The notes beneath the pieces are model-generated. The model saw only the letters and a program-made list of their open reading frames with translations. It was not told the origin of the DNA and did not search any database. Positions 57,065-64,000 of a stretch of DNA of 64,000 nt are shown here, in pieces. How positions within the stretch are numbered: position 1 is the stretch's first letter; each line of letters begins with the position of its first letter. The DNA comes from an uncultured Ignavibacteria bacterium. Its GTDB lineage: Bacteria; Bacteroidota; Ignavibacteria; Kapaibacteriales; Kapaibacteriaceae. A program made the position numbers and the translations under genes. Where the stretch lies: the NCBI GenBank assembly GCA_903939735.1, contig CAJAIA010000018.1, forward strand, positions 2,402 to 66,401, written 5' to 3'.

Positions 57065-58237
57065 CTAGCGTGGAGTTGCTAGGTAGGTCTGCGCTGATTC
57101 AACAAGCAAGGTTGTGCCGATGACCATGGCTTCCTCGGCTGGCGCGAATGCAGCGTTGTGCAGACCCGGCATGGAGTCCATATCAAGTGGACGTCCACCA
57201 AGCATCCAGAAGCACACCGGCATCTGCTGTGAGTAGAAGGCAAAATCTTCAGCCCACATTTTTGGCTCGAAGTCGTCAATAGCCGCTGGATCGACAACTG
57301 ATTGCGCTACCGTGCGCGCAAACGCGACGGCGTGTTCGTCATTGATGAGCGGCGGGTAGCCCTTAACGATGTTGAGTTTCCCTTCGCACTCATACAGCGC
57401 ACAGTATGCACGTGTTTGCTCTTCGAGCCAGGTCCATGCAAACTCACGCCACTCGTTGTTGAATGCACGAAGCGTGCCCTTGAGTTCAACAACGTCTGGG
57501 ATGATGTTGGTGGCCGACCCACCGTGAATGCTCGTAATCGTCAACACGCCTGGGTGCAACGGATTGCGGCGCGAGGTGATGAGGGAACGTAGATGATGTA
57601 CAAGTCCTGTTGCTGCGAGCAGAGGGTCTTTACCCTTGTGCGGTTGCGCCGCATGTGCTCCAAAGCCTTGAATCGTCCAGTAAAGTTCGTCGGCGGAGGC
57701 AAGAGCCGGTCCCGCCACGAATTGCAGTGTGCCTGCCGCAGCGTCCGGGTAGATGTGTTGACCGAACATGATCTCTGGACGAGGGTTCTCCAGCGCGCCA
57801 TCGGCAATCATCAGCGATGCGCCACCGGGCGAGAGCTCCTCACCTGGCTGGAAAATGAGCTTGACAACGCCACCGAGGTCTGCTTCGCGCTCCTTCAGAA
57901 TGCGCGCTGCACCAAGCAACATCGTTGTGTGCGTGTCATGTCCGCAAGCATGCATAACACCTGGACGCTCTGAGGCGTAGGGTAGACCCGTCTCCTCGTG
58001 AATCGGGAGCGCATCAATGTCGGCACGAAGAGCAACGCACCGATCTCCTGCGCCGATATGCGCTACGATCCCGGTGGTTGCCATGCGGGTGTGCGCAATC
58101 CCCATGGAGGTCAGTTGCTCGGAGATAAAGTTCGATGTCTCGACTTCCTTAAACGAAAGCTCAGGGAATCGGTGTAGGTGCCTACGGAGCTCGACAAGTT
58201 CAGGAAACAAATTCTGGACACGTTCACGAGTTGTCAT
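57065..58237 (-). CDS. M20-family amidohydrolase (N-acyl-amino acid amidohydrolase type)
   Basis: The metal-binding motifs (HACGHDTHT, GAEE) and the dimerisation domain. Length 390 aa. Confidence 0.8.
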   Translation of the reverse strand: MTTRERVQNLFPELVELRRHLHRFPELSFKEVETSNFISEQLTSMGIAHTRMATTGIVAHIGAGDRCVALRADIDALPIHEETGLPYASERPGVMHACGHDTHTTMLLGAARILKEREADLGGVVKLIFQPGEELSPGGASLMIADGALENPRPEIMFGQHIYPDAAAGTLQFVAGPALASADELYWTIQGFGAHAAQPHKGKDPLLAATGLVHHLRSLITSRRNPLHPGVLTITSIHGGSATNIIPDVVELKGTLRAFNNEWREFAWTWLEEQTRAYCALYECEGKLNIVKGYPPLINDEHAVAFARTVAQSVVDPAAIDDFEPKMWAEDFAFYSQQMPVCFWMLGGRPLDMDSMPGLHNAAFAPAEEAMVIGTTLLVESAQTYLATPR

Positions 58238-59012
58238 ACAAAGCGTCTCCGCGCAAAGTGCACGCCGTTAGACGTGCGTTCGAGTGATGAAGAACAACGG
58301 TGAGAGGTCGTTGCGATGGAGGAATCACGACAACGTGGTCGCTACACCGTCCACTACGCCACCATGCAATACATGCGCTGATAGCTCCGGTGCCGCAAGC
58401 TCCCGTCACGGCTTCGACACCACGTTCAAAGGTAGCAATTCGAAGCACGTCGGTCGCTTCGAGCTCAACCATCGAGACATTGGTACCGCGAGGGAATGCT
58501 GCGTGATGTCGTAAGAGTGCGACAACCGGACGTTGGGCGTCGCGTGGACCGTCGATGACAACATGATCGCTGTTGACATTAACGTAGTACACAGGAATGT
58601 CAACGCTAGCAAGCTCTCCAACGATGTACGCTCTCTCGTCAAGGGGCGGGGGGAACGTAACAGACACGGTCTGATCATCGTGGCATATCGCATCGTAGCT
58701 CACCCCATTCAGAAGCAACGCGATGTCCACGCCACGATGTGCACCATGATCACATGCATACCGCACACTGCAACGGGCTCCATTGCCACACATCATGCCA
58801 TACGATCCGTCGGGATTGTAGAAGTCAGCAGTGACGGTTCGCTCTGCGATGCTTCGTAGAATCAGAACGCCTTCGATCAAAGCGCCATCATGACGCGGAT
58901 GTTGTTCAATGATCGAGCGGACTGCTCCAGGTGGGAGCGTGGCTATCTCGTCGCGTCCGTCGGCAACAAGAAATGTATTGCCAGCACCGCTCATGTGGAC
59001 GAAGTCAAGCAT
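58224..59012 (-). CDS. dapF: Diaminopimelate epimerase
   Basis: FVHMSGAGNTFLVAD at the N-terminus, MMCGNGARC around the first catalytic Cys, and GTGAISA around the second. Confidence 0.85.
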   Translation of the reverse strand: MLDFVHMSGAGNTFLVADGRDEIATLPPGAVRSIIEQHPRHDGALIEGVLILRSIAERTVTADFYNPDGSYGMMCGNGARCSVRYACDHGAHRGVDIALLLNGVSYDAICHDDQTVSVTFPPPLDERAYIVGELASVDIPVYYVNVNSDHVVIDGPRDAQRPVVALLRHHAAFPRGTNVSMVELEATDVLRIATFERGVEAVTGACGTGAISACIAWWRSGRCSDHVVVIPPSQRPLTVVLHHSNARLTACTLRGDALYDNS

Positions 59013-59793
59013 GCGATTGGCTGATCACACGTGCCAGCTGTTGATGAATACGTCCGTTCGTTGCCAGAATACTGTCGCGACCCACGCGAAACGGACGATT
59101 CCCGTAATGCGTTACTGCGCCTCCAGCCTCGTGCACCATCAATGCGCCAGCGGCCATGTCCCATGGCTGCAATTCAACCTCCCAGTACCCATCAAAGCGA
59201 CCAGCAGCGACGTAGGCCAGATCAAGAGCAGCGCTTCCAAGCCGACGCACAGGAATGCCAAGCGAGAGCATCGATCCAAACGTGTAGATGCACTTGCTAG
59301 GGTTTTCATGCACGTTGTACGGAAACCCTGTTACGAGGATCGCATCCTCAAGCAACGTTGTGCGCGACACATGCAGTGGTTCGCCGTTGAGATGCGCGCC
59401 ACCACCTGCCGTCGCTGTGAAGGTCTCTTGAAGTAGGGGATGATGAATGACACCTGCGCATACAGCACCATCGATCACAGCCGCAATGGACACACAAAAG
59501 ATCGGAATCCCATGTGCAAAGTTTACCGTGCCGTCGAGTGGATCAATCACCCAGGTGAGCTGACCCGTTCCGGCGTGCGCGCCGCTTTCCTCCGTGAGGA
59601 TTGCAGCCGTCGGCGTGTAGGACTGGAGAACGCTGATGATGCAATTCTCGCTCGCGAGATCATACTCGGTTACAAGATTGTGGCGCCCTTCCTTCGATGC
59701 AATATCGAAGGAGGTGCCGAATCCTTGTTCGAGAATACGACCAGCTTCTGTGGCAGCGTTGACCGCTGCTTCAAGGAGAACATCAAGAGTCAT
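59005..59793 (-). CDS. Inositol monophosphatase-family protein
   Basis: WVIDPLDGTVNFAHGIP and the later IMPase motifs. The start is set at MTLDVLLEAA. Confidence 0.8.
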   Translation of the reverse strand: MTLDVLLEAAVNAATEAGRILEQGFGTSFDIASKEGRHNLVTEYDLASENCIISVLQSYTPTAAILTEESGAHAGTGQLTWVIDPLDGTVNFAHGIPIFCVSIAAVIDGAVCAGVIHHPLLQETFTATAGGGAHLNGEPLHVSRTTLLEDAILVTGFPYNVHENPSKCIYTFGSMLSLGIPVRRLGSAALDLAYVAAGRFDGYWEVELQPWDMAAGALMVHEAGGAVTHYGNRPFRVGRDSILATNGRIHQQLARVISQSHA

Positions 59794-59797
59794 GCGA

Positions 59798-60427
59798 CTA
59801 TCCCAAGAAGGTGTTTGCTTCCGACCGGATCGCAGCCGCAAGAGTGTAGAGGCGCTGATTGCCCGATGCTTCCGCGATCGGGACGTACCGCTCAAGCGTG
59901 TTGGTGATATACACGAGAGGATTCTTCTTCACATTGTATGACAGACAACGAATGTTGTCGAGGCGCGCAGCAAGTTTGATGATCACACAGTCGGCGCTTG
60001 CCGTGGCGAGTCGGGCTACATGCGCGAGATCAACGCCATCTGGGTCGATCCGTGCCTGCGTGAGATCTTTGGTAAGCATCTCAACGACATATGCGACATA
60101 CGACCCAAAATTGTAGTCGATGATTCCCTTGGTGATCGTCTTTGAATCTTCAAGCACGTCGTGAAGGAAGGCAGCGATGATCAAATCCGTGTCGTACGCA
60201 CCAAGCTCGTCCATGAGGATGAGAACCGTGCGAGCGCTGTGGTCGAAGAACGGGGTGCCGTCGTTGCGCACTTGTTGTGCGTGAACGCTCCGCGCCATCT
60301 CATAGGCATCGAGTACCTTCGACATGGTGATAGAATCGCCATGCATCAGTAGGCGCTCTTCAAGTTCTTCAAACGAGAGAGTTCGCGTATTGTACGGTTG
60401 ATGAGATGGGTCTTGATGAAGTTCCAT
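59798..60427 (-). CDS. HD-domain hydrolase resembling the (p)ppGpp-hydrolase domain of SpoT/RelA (small alarmone hydrolase-like)
   Basis: AYEMARSVHAQQVRNDGTPFFDHSARTVLILMDELGAYDTDLIIAAFLHDVLEDS parallels the SpoT HD motif. Length 209 aa, with no synthetase domain. Confidence 0.65.
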   Translation of the reverse strand: MELHQDPSHQPYNTRTLSFEELEERLLMHGDSITMSKVLDAYEMARSVHAQQVRNDGTPFFDHSARTVLILMDELGAYDTDLIIAAFLHDVLEDSKTITKGIIDYNFGSYVAYVVEMLTKDLTQARIDPDGVDLAHVARLATASADCVIIKLAARLDNIRCLSYNVKKNPLVYITNTLERYVPIAEASGNQRLYTLAAAIRSEANTFLG

Positions 60428-60440
60428 ACGTGTCCGCCGC

Positions 60441-62126
60441 CTATCGCTTTGCTCGTGGTGATTTCGCGCGTGGCAACGACGTCATCAGCTCACGTGCACC
60501 CGAAAGAGACGTATCAGTGATGTGCTCACCACTCAGCAGTTTCGCTACTTCAACCAGTGCCTGATCCGCGTCGAGTGATTGTGCGCGAACCGTCGTCTGA
60601 CCATCAGTTTCTGTTTTTGTAACCTGGACAAAGTGATCAGCTAGTGATGCAATCTGCGCAAGGTGCGTGATGCAGAGAATCTGATGCGACGCGGCAAGTG
60701 TTTTCATGACTTCGCCCACAGTTCTCGCAACACGTCCGCTAATCCCTGTATCAATCTCGTCAAACACCATTGTTCCGTGCGAGGCCTGTTGTGCCAGAGC
60801 ACGCTTGAGCGCCAGCATCACGCGCGAGAGTTCACCACCCGAAGCAACTTTTCCGAGCCCACGCGGTGGTTCACCGGCATTGCTTGAGAACATGAATTCG
60901 ACGCCATCGCTTCCCGATATGCCGAGTTCACCTGGTGTAATCGACACATGAAACACAGCCGAAGGCATACCCATTGTCACGAGTACATCTGCCACAGCCG
61001 TGGCGAGCGGTGCGCTCTGATTCACCCGCAGAGCATGAAGGACTGACGCTTGGTGTTCTGCAGAATGCTGAGCGTCGCGTCGTGCCTGCTCAGCTGTCTG
61101 GAGTGCATCATCGACCGAGTCAAGTTGCAGGAGTTCCTGACGTGCTGCGTCGAGTTGTTCGCATGCAGCGGTAAGCGAGCCGTACTTACGAACGAGTCGT
61201 TGGAGAAGAAGCTGTCGTTGCCGGAGGGATTCAAGACGCTCAGGAGAGAAGTCTTCGCCGTCGGCCAGGTGTCCAACACTTGCAGCAGACTCTTTGCACG
61301 ACACACGTGCACTCTCGAGGTCGGAGATTGCTCCGTCGAGATCGGGCTGAAATGGTAACAGATGCCGCAGCGCAGTCAGCGCGCTTTGGATGGCATCATA
61401 GGCGGAGGTGTCTCCTGCGTAGAGCGCGTCGCGGACGGTGCGGGCAAAGCCTACAACCTGTTCCTGTGATTCCGCACGGCGGAGCTCAGCCGCGATTAAC
61501 TCGTCTTCGCCCGGTTGTGGGGCAATCTGTGAGATCTCATCGACGATGAACGCAAGCCGTGCACGCTCGGCATCCGCTGTACGAGCACGCTCTTGGAGGT
61601 GCGCTAGCTCGGCAGTGCTATGGCGAAGGTCAAGCCAGCGATCTCGCATCCGAAGGCGATCGTCATCGGAGAGGGCGGCCATGTCCAGAATTGTTCGGTG
61701 CGTTTCGGCGTCGAGCAATCCGTGCGTGTCATGCTGTCCATGAAAGTCGATCAATTCGACGGCGATCTCGCGGACAATATTCGCCTGCGTTGGTGTGTCG
61801 TTGACGAAGCAGCGCGACGTACCTGAAGCAGTTAGCTCTCTCCGGAGAATGATGTCGTCGGCCTCCCAATCGAGCTCATGACGCGCGATGCATCCGCGAG
61901 CTGGATGGGTGGGAGCTACGTGAAACACTGCTTCGATTACCGCTTTCTTTGCTCCACTTCGGAGCGAATCTGACGGGAGTCGCTCGCCAAGTGCTGCTGC
62001 AAGTGCATCGATGATAATCGACTTACCGGCACCAGTCTCGCCAAGTAGCACAGTCATCCCACCATCGATTGTGAGATCGATTGATTCAATTAGGGCGAAG
62101 TTGGAGATGTGGAGACGGCGCAGCAT
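60441..62126 (-). CDS. recN: DNA repair protein RecN
   Basis: MLRRLHISNFALIESIDLTIDGGMTVLLGETGAGKSIIIDAL Walker A, a long coiled coil, and a C-terminal ABC signature region. Confidence 0.9.
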   Translation of the reverse strand: MLRRLHISNFALIESIDLTIDGGMTVLLGETGAGKSIIIDALAAALGERLPSDSLRSGAKKAVIEAVFHVAPTHPARGCIARHELDWEADDIILRRELTASGTSRCFVNDTPTQANIVREIAVELIDFHGQHDTHGLLDAETHRTILDMAALSDDDRLRMRDRWLDLRHSTAELAHLQERARTADAERARLAFIVDEISQIAPQPGEDELIAAELRRAESQEQVVGFARTVRDALYAGDTSAYDAIQSALTALRHLLPFQPDLDGAISDLESARVSCKESAASVGHLADGEDFSPERLESLRQRQLLLQRLVRKYGSLTAACEQLDAARQELLQLDSVDDALQTAEQARRDAQHSAEHQASVLHALRVNQSAPLATAVADVLVTMGMPSAVFHVSITPGELGISGSDGVEFMFSSNAGEPPRGLGKVASGGELSRVMLALKRALAQQASHGTMVFDEIDTGISGRVARTVGEVMKTLAASHQILCITHLAQIASLADHFVQVTKTETDGQTTVRAQSLDADQALVEVAKLLSGEHITDTSLSGARELMTSLPRAKSPRAKR

Positions 62127-62142
62127 AGGGAGCAGACGCGAA

Positions 62143-62307
62143 TTAGAGGCGGGTTAGGCGTGTTTGAAACAGCTTGTATGCGCCGTAGGCAACACCAGCA
62201 AACAGGACGACGGCGACCGCGAAATGGATCTCCTGGCCAACGACGACAAGGCTGATGGTGATAACGTAGGTCGCTACGATGAGGATCAAGATCCAGAGAG
62301 CTGCCAT
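62143..62307 (-). CDS. Small (54 aa) two-helix membrane protein between hflX and recN
   Basis: My own translation reads MAALWILILIVATYVITISLVVVGQEIHFAVAVVLFAGVAYGAYKLFQTRLTRL. It is packed tightly between its neighbours (5 to 17 nt gaps). It is in a different frame from the spurious track ORF 62090..62341. Confidence 0.4.
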   Translation of the reverse strand: MAALWILILIVATYVITISLVVVGQEIHFAVAVVLFAGVAYGAYKLFQTRLTRL

Positions 62308-62312
62308 AGTTG

Positions 62313-63611
62313 TTAGGATTGTGAGAGTGGATGTTCCGCAATCACAGTGTACTGACCGTAACGCGAATTGAACAGTGGCAATTTATCGGAGGGAACACGC
62401 ACAGACAAGCGTATTGCGTGATCACCATCATGGCGATTTAGCACTTCGAGGTCTTCGTACATCTTGTTTACAATCCGCATATCCTCATATGGGATCTCAA
62501 GGACGCGGAGAATGGCAGATTCATCGTACGTCTCCTGCATCCGCTGGAGCAGGCGCATCATGTTAAGTCCGCGCTCGGCTGAGACGAACACACAGTTCGG
62601 ATACTCCGCCTCTGCATCGTTGATCAAGAATGGATCCGTTACGAGGTCGATCTTGTTGAACACAATGATCTGAGGTGTCTCTTGAGCCCCCAAGGCTTCG
62701 AGCGTCTCCTCCACAACCCGAATATGATCGCGGAAATGAGGATTCGCAATGTCCACGACGTGGAGCAGGACATCCGCTTCGAGGGTCTCGGACAGTGTTG
62801 ACCTGAACGAAGCGACGAGCTGTGGCGGAAGCTTTCGGATAAAGCCCACGGTATCAGAAATCAGCGCGCGTTGGCCCGAGGGCAGCTCCAAACTGCGAAC
62901 AGTTGTATCCAGTGTTGCAAACAAACGATTCTCAATGAAGACATCGGCTTGGGTGAGCTGACGCATCAATGAGGATTTTCCAGCATTGGTATAGCCCACC
63001 AGCGCATAGCGTGGTAGACCCTCGCGCCCCTTGCGTTGAACGAGTCGCTGCGCGTCGATGTCGCGAAGCTTCTCGCGAAGTCGCTGCATGCGTGTGCGGT
63101 ACATCCGACGGTCGGTTTCGATCTGTGTTTCGCCCGGACCCTTTGTTCCGATGCCACCAAACTGCTTTGAAAGGTGCGTCCACATCCGTGTAAGGCGGGG
63201 GAGGAGGTACTCAAGCTGTGCGAGTTCAACCTGCGTTCGGGCTTCGACCGATCGCGCATGGGCCGCAAAGATGTCGAGGATTACACCGCTGCGATCAAGG
63301 ACCTTGACACTGAGTTCTTTCTCAAGATTCCGAACCTGCGCTGGAGAGAGCTCGTCGTCGAAGACGACCATGTCGGCAGGATGTAACTCGAGGAGTTCTT
63401 TCAGCTCTTGCACCTTGCCTTTGCCGAACGCTGTCGAAATGTCTGGTCGTTCACGCTCTTGGGTGATGCGGCCGACGACGATCGCTCCAGCGGTATCGAG
63501 GAGGAGCACTAACTCATCAAGGTGCTCGCGCACGACCTCAGGATCGGCGCCCTTTTTCACCACAGCTGCGATAATTGCCCGTTCTCTCGGGCGTAGTCCT
63601 ACGTCGTGCAC
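62313..63611 (-). CDS. hflX: GTPase HflX
   Basis: The HflX N-terminal domain plus the G-domain motifs (GYTNAGKSSL, DTVGF, NKID). Length 432 aa. Confidence 0.85.
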   Translation of the reverse strand: MHDVGLRPRERAIIAAVVKKGADPEVVREHLDELVLLLDTAGAIVVGRITQERERPDISTAFGKGKVQELKELLELHPADMVVFDDELSPAQVRNLEKELSVKVLDRSGVILDIFAAHARSVEARTQVELAQLEYLLPRLTRMWTHLSKQFGGIGTKGPGETQIETDRRMYRTRMQRLREKLRDIDAQRLVQRKGREGLPRYALVGYTNAGKSSLMRQLTQADVFIENRLFATLDTTVRSLELPSGQRALISDTVGFIRKLPPQLVASFRSTLSETLEADVLLHVVDIANPHFRDHIRVVEETLEALGAQETPQIIVFNKIDLVTDPFLINDAEAEYPNCVFVSAERGLNMMRLLQRMQETYDESAILRVLEIPYEDMRIVNKMYEDLEVLNRHDGDHAIRLSVRVPSDKLPLFNSRYGQYTVIAEHPLSQS

Positions 63612-63683
63612 ATGTCCTCAACAGGAATAACTCATTACAAAGGTACGACCCGCAGAATAGCCTGCGACGTAGATTTGTGCTTC

Positions 63684-64000
63684 ATGCGACTCTTCCTCCT
63701 CAGCTGTGCAGTCCTTACGTGGAGTCTTGCCGTCGGTACGGCCCAAGAACGCGATGGTCCTGCGCTACCTATCACTCTCGAGCACGCCGATTCGATCGTC
63801 GGGTCGGGACCGATTGAATCCGGGACCCGTGAGTTCTTAGGGCATGTGCGTTTTACGCAGGGGAACGTGACGGTGGAATGTGATCGTGCATTCCATAATG
63901 TGGCTGCCAATTCCGTTGACCTTTATACCAACGTGAAGATCCAGCAGGGTGGACTGCATCTGACGGCCCCCTTCGTGACCTATAGCGGGAATACGAATAT
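63684..64000 (+). CDS. OstA-like (LptA/LptC-family) periplasmic protein, 3' partial at the window edge
   Basis: My own translation from the ATG at 63684 reads MRLFLLSCAVLTWSLAVGTAQ...GHVRFTQGNVTVECDRAFHNVAANSVDLYTNVKIQQGGLHLTAPFVTYSGNTN. This is a signal peptide plus an OstA-like pattern. No stop occurs before the window end. Confidence 0.45.
   Translation, partial: MRLFLLSCAVLTWSLAVGTAQERDGPALPITLEHADSIVGSGPIESGTREFLGHVRFTQGNVTVECDRAFHNVAANSVDLYTNVKIQQGGLHLTAPFVTYSGNTN

Noticed and set aside
62090-62341. An 83-aa minus-strand track ORF between hflX and recN
   Set aside because: It overlaps the recN start and has no start context or motif. An alternative frame gives a clean ATG-to-TAA 54-aa membrane micro-protein that fits the spacer exactly.

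Overview
This 64 kb window looks like a GC-rich core-chromosome segment from an FCB-group bacterium (Bacteroidota, Rhodothermota, Chlorobi or Ignavibacteria-like). Three things in the sequence point that way: a fused lpxC/fabZ gene, a large protein ending in a type IX secretion (T9SS) sorting tail, and TAnnTTTG-type promoter -7 boxes. It is densely packed with housekeeping genes on both strands. In order these are: initiator tRNA-fMet; pheT; zapA; rny; a bS22-like micro-ORF; HU; the envelope operon uppS-bamA-skp-skp-lpxD-lpxC/fabZ-lpxA; ychF; an OmpA-family protein; queG; trxB; plsY; gpsA; xseA/xseB; ispF; a sensor histidine kinase; ruvX; mutL; a cystathionine beta-synthase-like enzyme; an MsbA-like ABC exporter; a class I fructose-bisphosphate aldolase; a 1580-aa vWA adhesin with a T9SS tail; a Tat-signal LD-carboxypeptidase; tRNA-Ser(GGA); an ECF sigma factor; rsfS; argS; a metallophosphoesterase; an M20 peptidase; dapF; an IMPase; an HD-domain hydrolase; recN; hflX; and a partial OstA-like gene at the 3' edge. 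I found no transposases, integrases or CRISPR arrays. The items I would look at again are: (1) a clpB remnant carrying only the C-terminal half of the M-domain plus NBD2; (2) a possible carotenoid-tailoring trio (GT2 glycosyltransferase, small membrane protein, CrtC/AttH-like lipocalin); (3) two tandem 30-bp repeats, each with an ATGACC-N6-GGTCAT palindrome, upstream of ychF; (4) a structured zapA-rny intergenic region that could be a 6S-like RNA; (5) an unannotated 31-codon, very basic bS22-like ORF with its own terminator; and (6) the T9SS vWA giant protein co-transcribed with a Tat-exported LD-carboxypeptidase. All protein assignments rest on motif recognition by eye from the translations, because no database search was possible. 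Coordinates I derived by hand may be off by one in places.
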